Below, in pieces: positions 40,721-53,419 of a stretch of DNA of 64,000 bases. Every line of letters begins with the position of its first letter. Position 1 is the stretch's first letter. The DNA lies in NCBI RefSeq assembly GCF_006345805.1, contig NC_043025.1, forward strand, positions 1,488,001 through 1,552,000, in the 5' to 3' direction. Source of the stretch: Octopus sinensis. Its lineage: Eukaryota. The notes under the pieces are model-generated. The model ran no database searches, was not told where the DNA came from, and saw nothing but the letters and a program-made list of their open reading frames with translations. The position numbers and the translations under genes were made by a program.

Positions 40721-40774
40721 CGATTGCGCTATGTGCCACTTGCTGGTCTTCCTTGTCATCTACTTTTAGAGGTT
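40721..40774 (-). CDS. 54-nt micro-exon, repeat unit A: (x)PLKVDDKEDQQVAHSAI(A)
   Basis: Paralogue of 37882-37935, 2,839 bp away, with the same splice signals, phase 1-1 and an open frame. Confidence 0.72.
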
Positions 40775-41539
40775 CTGAAATAAATATTTCTCATTATAGT
40801 ATAATTTGGTTAATTATCTTAATAATCTATATTCTATTATTGTGAAACTTTTCTTCCATCAATGTTCCACAAATGACCGCTATGGGTTTGGACAACATTT
40901 TCATACTTGCTACAGTGGTACCAAAACAAACGAAAGTAACCTTCCTAAACCTCTTTCTTCTACAAAGACATTCTGCATAATCCTATCTTTGTAGCCATTA
41001 TCTTATTTAATTATTACCACTTGACAATAATTCCTTTCTACTTTTGTCTTTCCTGTCTTATATCTCTGCCAAATCAATGGCATCGCATTCTTCACTCACC
41101 TCTCGACTTCACTAACAAGCATCCTTCTTACTTCCTGCTTTACTGCAATATCAATCAAAATGGTCCTCCAAAGATCTACATACAAAATCCTGACACACCC
41201 CATCAAGCAGGATGAACATACACCTGCTCTCTTTAATGAACTTTGCTAACGGTTATCTTTAATGTCAACTGTTCCACAGAGCAAATCACCGGGATATTCC
41301 CTGAATGGAAAAACAGTTGAAGACATTTGGATGTCATTCATCTTCCTTAATGACTCTACCCGGGTGGAGCAGGGGATGATGACAGGTATCCCAAAAATGC
41401 TTCAGTATAATTGCACAAAACTTCATCAACTACACATCCCTCTCCCTACCCGCATTATTGCACTGAAAATACTTTAAATGCTACACAGGAAGCGAGACTC
41501 AAACAAACATAAAGAAGATCGGGATAGACACCCAGCAGC

Positions 41540-41639
41540 NNNNNNNNNNNNNNNNNNNNNNNNNNNNNNNNNNNNNNNNNNNNNNNNNNNNNNNNNNNNN
41601 NNNNNNNNNNNNNNNNNNNNNNNNNNNNNNNNNNNNNNN
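41540..41639. other. Assembly gap (100 N)
   Basis: Run of Ns. Confidence 0.99.
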
Positions 41640-42796
41640 AAGATCTGTAGAAAAGGTGTAGGTAGAAACTCCTTAAGATGTACCCAATGTTAGCTATGGA
41701 CACATAAGAGGTGCAACAATATCAGAGGAAGGTTAACAGGGAAACTAGATTTTGTGTGTGGAATGTGCACAGATTCAATAAATTCTAGAAATGTACAGAA
41801 AATAGATTCCATGAAATGGCAGGGCAAATACTTATAAGTAGTGTATACCTTCCATTATCTGGGTGACCAAGTCAGCAGTGGAGGTGGGTGCTCTGAGAAT
41901 ATAGCTGCTAGAATAAGAATAGACTGGGTAGAGTTCAGAGAGTTCCTACCTCTGTTGGTAACAAAGAGTCCCTCCCTCCGAATTAAAAGCAGACTGTATG
42001 ATGCTTCTGTGCAAACAGCCATACTACACGGCAGTGAAACATGGGCTGTGACTGCTGAGGACATGTGTAGGCTTGAAAGAAATGAATCTAGTATGTTTTG
42101 GTGGATGCGCAATGTCAGTATGCAAGTACAAATAAGTTGGGAGTGAGAGGCATCAGATCTGGTGTTCAAGAGAGACAAATGCACTGCTATGGTCATGTGC
42201 TGCATTTGGATGAGGGGAGCCGATGTAAAAAAAGTGCCTGTCTCTAAATGGGGAGGAAACCTGTGGATGGAGCTGACCCAAGAAGACATGGCATGAGGTG
42301 GTGAAGCACCTCATCACAGCAATAATAAGTGATGGAGACCTTTGGCGATATGCCATGTTTGAGAAGACCCCTCAAGCCAAGTAATATGATATTCGTGGTC
42401 GATCTTTGTGTCACATAACTGGCACTTGTGCCAGTGGCACATTAAAAGTACTTATTACACTTTTGGAGTGGTTGGCATTAGGAAGGGCATCCAACTGTAA
42501 AAACCATGCCAAATAAGACTGGAACTTGGTGCAACTCTCTGGCTTACCAGTTTCAATTAAACTGTCTGACCCATGCTGGCATGAAAAGTAGGCCCTAAAT
42601 GATGATGAGTATCTTTATACCTTATTTCAACTTTGTTATTTTTTAATCAGCATTCTTAGAAAAAGAGAACTTTGTCTTACCTTATTCATGTTTGTTTACT
42701 AGTTTCTTTGTTATATTTATTACAACCCACGGTTCATATCTTTCGTGTTATTGTTAATGTTGTTGCAATTATTTCTTCTTTTTGTATCTTTTGCAG

Positions 42797-42999
42797 GAAG
42801 GCAATTAGGAGTTAGACAAGTTGAACTAGAGATGATCAGGTATGACTATCCCTACAACACAGTAGAACAGAGCTTTCAGATGCTCCTCAGATGGTATAGG
42901 TGTTGTGATCCAATGGAACGTACATTGGAAACACTCAGAGAAGCACTTGAGAGATGTGAGTGCTATGAAGCCCTCACGTGTCTAATTGAAATAGAGTGA
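42797..42999 (+). CDS. Second copy (paralogue or allele) of the DD terminal exon: GRQLGVRQVELEMIRYDYPYNTVEQSFQMLLRWYRCCDPMERTLETLREALERCECYEALTCLIEIE*
   Basis: Intact ttttgcag acceptor at 42791-42796, open to TGA at 42997-42999, 200/203 identical to 29021-29223. Its upstream exons are not in the window (N gap). Confidence 0.8.
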
Positions 43000-43244
43000 A
43001 TTTCTGCATAAATGTTGTTGCTTAGTCCCAGGTCAGAAATTTATGATCAAATGCATTCCGGCCATGACCACCCTAACTTTATTCTTAATGTACAGGAGCC
43101 ACACACACATTGTCCAGCGTATTCTTCTTTAAGGGGATAAGTATGAATTGTGGTCGATTTGGCTACTACTTCTAGCAGATCTATCTATCACAAAGAAATC
43201 CCTTTGCTGGTTTGTCTCCCCTGTTGTTAGAGATTAACTTTTGA

Positions 43245-43250
43245 AATAAA
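43245..43250 (+). promoter_or_regulatory. Candidate polyadenylation signal AATAAA of the DD gene (mirror at 28770-28775, -)
   Basis: AATAAA about 250 nt after the stop in both copies. The sequence is AT-rich, so a chance match is possible. Confidence 0.3.
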
Positions 43251-43632
43251 GATAAACTTTCAACTGTTCATTTGTTGTTGTTGTTGCTATTGTTGTATGC
43301 CTAAGCACCTCCCTAAACACTTCTATTGTTCTAAAAACAGTTTTAATATCCTCGCGTATATTCATAATTATCTCCCTTTATTTCTAGCTTAGAGTAGAAC
43401 GTCTGCTATAAATAAATGTGTGTATATATATATATATCGATGTCTTTTCTCTTCATATATCATGTAGAGATAGTATTTCTATATAATATATGATGTATCT
43501 AGGGTTATCTCACTTTGTCTTATTGTGGTTTAGGCCAGGGCTTTCCAAAATGGGGGTGGTTACACAAGAATTCAGGGGACTAAAAATGCAATTAAGAACT
43601 ATTTCAATTTTACAATTTAATTTTAGGATTAA

Positions 43633-45319
43633 CTAGCAGAGTTACCCGGCGTTGCCCGTGTTACATGCAATTGAAGAATTAGACTTTTCTGGTATATTTT
43701 CTGTAATGAACTGGAATATCTATGTTTCGAATTTCATCAAAATTGCAGATGAGGGTTCTTTCCCTCTTTACGCACCCTAAAAAAATTGTAATCACATGTA
43801 TCCCATACTACTGATTTATATGCGCCGATTCCAAAATTCCAGTCTTATAGAACCTGTTAAAAGGATTTTGCTCCTGAAAAATGTAGGTCATGGAGCTCTA
43901 AAATGTGAGAGTTAAGGCCCCTATTGGGGGTGGGTATCTTAATGTCAACCAGAGAAGTCGAATTGTTGAGAATCTTTTTAACTTGGGTCTTATATATATT
44001 GTTTGAATTCCTTTGAAATAGGAAATGTATGTATGTTCACTGGGTTTGAAAAAGAGAGCAAAGCTACAGGAAACCAAAAGATGAATGATCACAATAAGCA
44101 GTCAGCTACCCTACCCTAGGCGTTACCTCTCCCAATGTAGTATTCCTCCCCATGCAGGTGACAGGCACAACCGTAAGATGCATTACGGATCTATAGCAAT
44201 TGGAAGGGCGTGACCCAACTCAAATAAATATTAACAACTGTGTGGTGTGAGGGCTAAGGAGAAATGAAAGTGTCACCTCTGGAGTTTGCAAATGACCACT
44301 ATAATGATACATAATTGGACAGAATAAGTTTACGAACCATAAATGTCTTTGAATAACCAGTCACTCATCTGGGAAGCCTTTGAAATCAATGTTACCATCT
44401 AGGGACTATGTGTGACCCAGTGATAATAAAAAGACTGAAAGGCGGTCTGCAACCAAATAACTTTACTCAACACTTTGCAACTGAATCAGTGGAGTCAAAG
44501 ATGCCTCTCATTTACTTGACAATTTATGCAGCACATTGCAGAAATCACAATCTAAGTGTATGTCAAAGCAATCTCTTACACTGTTGTACCATTGAATTAC
44601 AAAAAATGCTCATCTTTTATGCTCGGGTGACCCTACAGCTTCCAAGAGTACAACTGTATTTGTCTTTGCTTAGATAAAATGACAAAATTGTGGGTGTTAA
44701 GTCCCCATGAAGGGGTCTTTCTAACTTGTAAGAAGATGAAATTATATAAACATTACTTCATTTGTGTCTAATATCTATGGTTAAAATTTCATCAACAGCA
44801 AAAATATATGAATTGTCATGGGGGGTTATGGCCCTTATGCATAGAATATAATTTCCAAATTTCATAAAGATTCATTCAGTACTTTTGACCTAGTTTTGGA
44901 TCCTAAAAGATATGACTAAAATTTGGGAGTTAAGGCCCCCATTAGGGTGTCTTAGAATCTTCATGTGAAGTGGAAACTTTGAGAATACTTCTTGATGTGT
45001 GTCAATTACCCATGGTTGAAATTTCATGAACATCGATAATTTATGAATTTTCATGGGGGTTCTGCCCCCTTTAAGCCATCTGAAATTCAAACCAAACATA
45101 TTGCATTATACCCGCCCTTATGCATTGAATCTAAGCTCCAAATATCATAAGGATCCATTCAATAATTTTGGTCCATCAAATTGTATGAAACACACAGCAT
45201 TACCCTTCTCCCCAGGCTTGGATTTTTTGTTCGAAATTCCATTAGGATCGGTGCAGCAGTTTTCAAATGTATAAATACCACACGAACGCACATAAAGACA
45301 TTGACTTTGATATAATAGA
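43633..45319 (-). mobile_element. Non-autonomous Helitron-like element, mirror copy
   Basis: Reverse complement of 26703-28387. Confidence 0.75.
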
Positions 45320-45352
45320 TATGAATATGCACATATACATACATGTGTATAT

Positions 45353-45428
<76 letters not shown>

Positions 45429-45432
<4 letters not shown>

Positions 45433-45638
45433 ATCCAAACAAGAAAACACAAAAAAACACAACAACGCGAGGACGTGCAACAAATATAGTATTATTGGAC
45501 GCTCAGGAAAGAAGGGAAGACGGAAGGTTTAACGTTTCGAGCGGAGCTCTTCGTCGGAAACATAGGAGAAAAAAGATCCCGAGAAGGGAAGACAGAGGAA
45601 AAAAATCGCCAACGGTACACATGAGGTCACATTTTGAA

Positions 45639-45679
<41 letters not shown>

Positions 45680-46365
45680 AAAAGATAAATTGTAGTGTTT
45701 TTTTTTTTAATTTGATAAGCCTGGTATTTATTCTATCAGTTTCTTCTTGTAAAACCAGTAAGTTATGGGGATGTAAATAAACGAAAACCTGTTGTGAAGC
45801 AGTGATGAGGGAGAAACACAAATACTCACACATAGACTTAAATATATACATACATGTATAAACAATTGATTTCTTTCAGTTTCTGTCTACAAAATCCACT
45901 GACAAGGCTTTGGTTGGTCTGAGGCTATAGCAGAAGACGCATGCCAAGACACCACACAGTGGGACTGAACCCAGGGCCATATGTTTGGAACCAAGTTTGT
46001 TACCACACAGCCACACCTTCACCATAAGTATATATATATGTGTGTGTATGTGTATGTGTGTATGGGTGTATATATGTATGCATGTATATATGTGTATATA
46101 TGTGTACATATTACATGTACATCTATATATATATATATAATATATATATATATATATAGTTAATCCAAACAAGAAAACACAAAAAAACACAACAACGCGA
46201 GGACGTGCAACAAATATAGTATTATTGGACGCTCAGAAAGAAGGGAAGACGGAAGGTTTAACGTTTCGAGCGGAGCTCTTCGTCGGAAACATAGGAGAAA
46301 AAAGATCCCGAGAAGGGAAGACAGAGGAAAAAAATCGCCAACGGTACACATGAGGTCACATTTTG

Positions 46366-46406
<41 letters not shown>

Positions 46407-46870
46407 TATACACACACACACACAAAAAGATAAATTGTAGTGTTTTTTTTTTTAATTTGAGAAGCCTGGTATTTATTCTATCAGTTTCTTCTTGTAAAAC
46501 CAGTAAGTTATGGGGATGTAAATAAACGAAAACCTGTTGTGAAGCAGTGATGAGGGAGAAACACAAATACTCACACATAGACTTAAATATATACATACAT
46601 GTATAAACAATTGATTTCTTTCAGTTTCTGTCTACAAAATCCACTGACAAGGCTTTGGTTGGTCTGAGGCTATAGCAGAAGACGCATGCCAAGACACCAC
46701 ACAGTGGGACTGAACCCAGGGCCATATGTTTGGAACCAAGTTTGTTACCACACAGCCACACCTTCACCATAAGTATATAAATATGTGTGTGTATGTGTGT
46801 ATGGGTGTATATATGTATGCATGTATATATGTGTATATATGTGTATATATGTGTACATATTACATGTACA

Positions 46871-46872
<2 letters not shown>
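45429..46872. repeat. Right-arm-specific tandem duplication, period ~730-745 bp
   Basis: 45429 matches 46159, 45981 matches 46726; single copy in the left arm (~25930-26650). Confidence 0.92.
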
Positions 46873-46920
<48 letters not shown>

Positions 46921-47006
46921 TCTATACATATACTTCTATATATGTACATTTGTGCAGATGTATATATACACACATACATACATACATACATACACACGCA
47001 CACACA

Positions 47007-47080
<74 letters not shown>

Positions 47081-47859
47081 TTGTTTTGTTTGCTTCAGCT
47101 CAGAGCTGCGGCCATGCTGATGCACCGCCGTTTTGTGCTACACTGTTATTGCGAAGAACCTCGTCTAATATGTGGCACTTGGTGAAGAATGGAGTTTGAT
47201 ATAGCTACTCTCATTTGCACCTCTTGCCACGAGGTAAGTTCATCTGGGACTCTCGACAGGAAGATGTCCAGCTTTGATTTAAAAACCGCTACATCTACTT
47301 TGTGAAAGTTTCTCAGACTCTTTGGGAGAATATTAAAAAGCTGTGGGCCCTTGAAACCCAGGCTGTTGCAGAAGCTGGTCCTGAAGCGTGATAGCATTGC
47401 TGGGATCTTTGGCACTATGCAGTGTCGTCCCGTTCTAGCACTGGTGTAGCTTACAATGCCAAACTTTGGCACGATTCCTTCCAGGATCTTCCAGACATAT
47501 ATTACTGCATACCTCTCCCGTCTTCTCTCCAGGGAGTAGAGTCTTAGCTGTTTCAACCTTTCCCAGTAGCTGAGCTGTTGCAAAGAGACGATCTTCTTTG
47601 TGAATCTTCTCTGGATTGCTTCAAAGTCCGCTGTTAATTTTACACTGGTGGGTGACCATAGCTGTGAGCAGTAATCCAGGCGGCTGAGGACGAATGTCCG
47701 CCAGAGGACCATCATGGTTTCCTTATCTCTGGTTCGGAATGTTCTTAGGATCCATCCAGCCAGTCGTCTGCACTTTGTCGCCATCCTGGTAATGTGCACT
47801 TGGAAAGCGGTATCATCACTCAATACCCAGGTCCCTCACAGACTTAGGCTCTGGGATTG

Positions 47860-47915
<56 letters not shown>

Positions 47916-49840
47916 TATATATAAAATATAATATATTGGTAAAAACGGTAAGATAACGAAAGAAAGAGACCTCAATATTATGCAAATAGAAGAAATTTAT
48001 CTGTAAATTAATATGTTACCATTATTCAATGGCCAAGATAAAACTCTGAGTTTCGGATGCCGAAGTGGAAATCCACAACACCATCTCTTCGGTTATCTGG
48101 CCATCTGAAAAACGCTATGAAAAAATACCGTTATTCAAAGGGAAATTACTGCGTTATAATTCCGCAACTTATATAAATTAAGGTTAAAAGTTCATCATCA
48201 TCATCATTGTTCAACCGTGGTCGAGACAATGGAATTTACCATGCTACGCCAGACTTCACGGTCCATCATAGCATTACGGAGGTCCTGTTGCTGGATTCCT
48301 GTATCCCTGGAGATTACATCAGGGTAGGAGAGTGTGAGGCCTCTGGTATTGCGAGTAGATGGCTTCCAGAGGAGAAGAGTAGAAATTACCTCTTTTCAGC
48401 TCTACAACAATGTCCAGCAAACTGGACTCTCCTACCTTTCACAAGAGATGACGCAGGTGGTAGTTTCCCATATATTTGCATTTTGGTTGGATGGCACTTC
48501 CACGAGAGATTTTGAGTGTAAGTTCCATCTTTGATAACGTCCAGGTTTCTGAGCCATATAGTAGAATTGCTTCGACTGTGGCTTTGAAGATTTCAAGTTT
48601 GAAGTCTCTACTTAGATTTTATGACCAGATCTTATGCATATCATTACAGGCTGACCAGGCCATACCCTTTCTAGTCAGAAAGTCTTTTTCAGATGATGAT
48701 ATGTATGACCCAAGATATTTGTAATCAGAAACCATATTTAAGGGCGCATTGTTGAGAGTATGGATGATGCAATCACTGTTGGACAGGCACTTGTTTATAT
48801 ATTCAGCCGTGGCCTCATTGAGGTAAAGACCTACACAATTTGAGGCTTGTTCGAGAAATTGTAAAAGAGACTGGGCATTGGAGAGAGAATCACTGATAAG
48901 AGCGATGTCATCAGCAAAGTCAGTGTCTGTCAAGTATTCAGCTGGGTGTCTGGAACTTCTTCTTGGTTTTATTTCAAAGCCCTTGCCAGAGATGGTATCA
49001 ACTGACACAAGAGTGTGTCTCCCTGCAGTATTCCGGCTTTGATTGAGAAAGATGATGTTTCTCAGTCAGGGGTTAAGATGATTGAAGACGTATCTGAGTA
49101 GAGGACCTTGATGGCAGAGATGATTTTGTCTGGTATCCTGTAGAGCTTAAGGATTTCAAACATCTTGTACCTATCTACAGAATCGAACGCTTTAGAAAAG
49201 TCTACAAATACCATTGCAAGATCGCGATTAAATGCTTTTCATTCTTCAATAAGTCTGCGTAGGCATAGTATCTGGCTCAGCCCATGTCTGAATCCATTTT
49301 GGTTCTTTCGGAGCAAAGGTTCAACAAAAGGACAAGACGATTTAGAATCAGTTTGTTGTACAGTTTTGCAGCAATTGACATTAGAGATATACCCCTGTAG
49401 TTGGTGACGAGGGATAAATCGCCTTTTTGGGTATTGGGATGATCTGAGATTGGTGCCAAATCTTTGGATCGACAAAGGTGGAAAGTGTGTGGTTGCAAAG
49501 TGTGTGAAATCTATCATCCTTCCAAATCATAGCTGGGATGTTGTCGGGACCAAATGCTTTCGAGGCTTTTAGTTGCTTGGTGGCTGCTGTTAGTTCAAAT
49601 ATGGTAAAAGGGGAGGTGTTGATGTCCAGCGTGTCTGATATAGGCACACTTGGAAGAGTGGGGTTATCAGGGATTTTGGCATTCTTCCCAAGAAGGTTTT
49701 TAAAATGAGTTGACCAATTTTCTAAATTTTCTAAAAGTTCATAGTAAACACGTAAGCATGGCTACTCAAACGCTCACATGTGCGCTCGCGTACTGACGTG
49801 CATACGTATACGTCACTATGTGTAGATATATATTTATGTA

Positions 49841-49936
<96 letters not shown>

Positions 49937-50092
49937 ATATTATGTGAAATAGAAAGATGAATAATCTTGTAGTAGATTAATCAAAAGTTTAACCGATACC
50001 TTAGTAGCAAAAATCACAGCAGTAAACAGCACGGTTGGAGGTACAACCATCTGGCGTTGCAACCGTGCGTTGGTGCGGATAATTGAAATTAA

Positions 50093-50254
50093 AACATTAT
50101 TGGTGAATTGAAGAAATGGAGCTGAACGCAGATTAAACAGAAATCGTTTTATTTCATTCTACACGTGTGCCTTTCGAAACACGTGTAGAATGAAATAAAA
50201 CGATTTCTGTTCAATCTGCGTTCAGCTCCATTTCTTCAATTCACCAATAATGTT
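50093..50254. repeat. 162-bp hairpin (76-bp arms, loop GCCTTTCGAA)
   Basis: Arms are reverse complements with one mismatch. Confidence 0.93.
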
Positions 50255-50458
50255 ATATATATATATATATATATTTATGTATGTATATATATATGCGTAT
50301 ATATATTCATACATATGTATATGCATGCATCTATACATATATATATATATTTGTATGTATGTATACATATCTGTATGTTTGTATATATATATGCATATAT
50401 ATTTATTTATACGTATGTATATATGTACACGCACACACACACTCACACACATATATAC

Positions 50459-50491
<33 letters not shown>

Positions 50492-50686
50492 TGTATGTCA
50501 TGCAAAGGTACATGAAGCCCAGTTACAACTACAGCCAGCTATTACCAGTAAAGGTTTTAGTTGCCAATTTTGTACAAGACATTGTAGATCTTTAGCTGGG
50601 CTAAGAAGTCACATTCGATCACAGCACCAGTAACAGTTAAGCTTCGTGCAATGGCCATACTCGATAACGAGGGGGCTGCCATAATG

Positions 50687-50720
<34 letters not shown>

Positions 50721-50729
50721 TGTATGTAT

Positions 50730-50760
<31 letters not shown>

Positions 50761-52886
50761 ATGTATGCATGTATGTATGTATGTATGTGTGTGTATATGT
50801 TTGTGTGTCTGTGTTTGTCCCCCCAACATCGCTTGACAACCGATGCTGGTGTGTTTACGTCCCCGTATCATAGCAGTTCGGCAAAAGAGAACGATAGAAT
50901 AAGTACTAGGCTTACAGAGAATAAGTCCTGGAGTCGATTTGCTCGACTAAAGGCAGTGCTCCAGCATGGCTGCAGTCAAATGACTGAAACAAACACACAC
51001 ACACACACACACACACATATATTTATATATATATGCATTCCGGCATTCAATTTCACGATCGACCGTAAGTTCTCGATTCAATGAAAGGAAGTTTCCAGCT
51101 ACGGTATAAACTAATTAAGAACATAAATAGGATAAGATTCACTACAATTGTTTCAGATGTGTTTTTCTATTGGAAAACAAATCAATTACATCATGAAAAA
51201 AAGACGCTTTCTTCAGGTGCAGTTTAATCTAAAAATTAACATTTAGGCTTTGACTCGAAACGAATATGTTTTGGCTTCCTCACCTCGGTGACGATCAGAG
51301 AAGTTTTAAGCTTTTAGTCGAACCAATCAACCCCAGGATATTTTTTTAAGTAATTATTGCATGAGTCACTTTGCTGAACACCAACACCGGTTGTCAGGTG
51401 GTGATGGGGGGGGGAGACAGACACAGAAACAAAAACACACACACCTGCAGATACGCGCCTGCACACCACACACATGCATGCGCACGCGCGCACACAGAGA
51501 CACATACACCCACAATATTCGACAGGCTTCATTTAGTTTCCATCTACCAAATCCACTGACGAGGCTTTGGTCGACCCGAGGCTATAGTGGTAGGAGACTC
51601 GTGACCAAGTTTACTTTTGTTTTTATTTTAGGGGCTTATAACCCTTTTTGCGCTCATGACCATTTTTATTTATGGGTTTATAACACTATATGGAAGAAAG
51701 GGTCATATACCCATAAACAATCTAGACTATCCGAAGTCATTAATGGGTCGTAAGGTACAGATGATGAAATATACTCGAACCGGGAATATTTTCCACATAA
51801 ATAGCCTTCAACCAGGGTCATTTTGTGACAACCGACTCTCAGATACATACTTAGACAATCAATTCATATATACACAAGTTATACATTACAAAAACACAAA
51901 AAAATAAAAATAAAATAAACTTAGGCACGTGCTATATATTATAGCCTCGGCCCAACTAAAGCCTCCTGAAGCCTTGTGAGTGGGTTTGGTAGGCGGAAAC
52001 TGTGAGAAGCCCGTCGTCCACACACACACACATATCTTTTATTGTTTTATTTGTCTCAGTCATTTGAACCTGACCATACTGGAGCACTGCCTTTAGTCGA
52101 GCAAATCGATCCCAGATCTTATTCTTTGTGAGCCTAGTACTTATTGTATCGGTCCCTTTTTTCGAACCGCTTATGTAAACACACAAGCATCGGTTGTCAA
52201 GCAATATCGGGGGAAACAAACACACGCACGCACACACACACACACACACATAACCCCCACACACATGCACACACACACATACACACATACACACAGATAT
52301 ATATACTTATATATATATATACGACGGGCCACTTTCACTTTCCGTCTACCAGGTCTTCTACAATAGCCCGAGGCTATACAAGAAGATACTTGCCCAAGGT
52401 GCCCGCAGTTGGACTGAACCCGGAACCATATGGTTGGAAGCAAGCTACTTACCACACACTCCTGCGCCTATGTATATGCATGTGTGATATATATATATAT
52501 ATATATATATATTTCCTTTTGAGATTTGGTTTTCAAGATTCTTTATGTGAGTTCGTGTGTTGAAGCATATTTTGTTATGTCTGGGGAGTGTCATTCCTTT
52601 CTGTGCCTTATTATTTAACACACTCACATACACCCACATACATATGCTTGTGTGCGTTTGTGTCCCTGTTTGTCGCCCCACAACCACTTGGCAGCCGCTG
52701 TTGGGTCGGTTACATCCCTGTATATTAGCATTTCATCAATAGAGAAATCTATAGAATATGTTACTTGGCTTAAAAAATAACACTTGGGGATGATTTGTTC
52801 GACTTAATCCATTGAAGGCGGTACTCCAGTATGGCCGCAGTCAAATGACTGAAACAGGTAAAAGAATAAAAGAATATATACATACG

Positions 52887-52921
<35 letters not shown>

Positions 52922-52929
52922 TAATATTA

Positions 52930-52962
<33 letters not shown>

Positions 52963-53243
52963 ATAATATAAATATATATATAATATATATTATATATATA
53001 TGTATATTATATTACTTATTATATTTAATTCAACTTTTTCATACTTTTTCGTTAGTTATTTTAAAAAAATTTTAAGTTTAACAATTTAAAAATTTTTAAA
53101 TATAAAAATTTAAAATTGTAATTTATATTTAAAATTTTATATTTTATTATATATTATATATATATTATTATATTTATTTTTCATATTTTGGTTTATGTCT
53201 ATCTCTGTTTCAGTTGCCTAATAGTCGTTTTATCTCTAATATA

Positions 53244-53301
<58 letters not shown>

Positions 53302-53350
53302 CATACATATATGTATCTATATATGTATGCATGTGTGTATGTATAGATAT

Positions 53351-53419
<69 letters not shown>

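Larger units (their letters stand above)
35640..41539. repeat. Tandem array with ~2.84 kb period (two full units plus the start of a third, truncated by the gap). Each full unit carries one 54-nt exon
   Basis: Offsets of 2,839-2,846 bp between matching segments (36250/39096, 37967/40806, 38423/41262), roughly 95-99% identical by eye. Confidence 0.93.
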
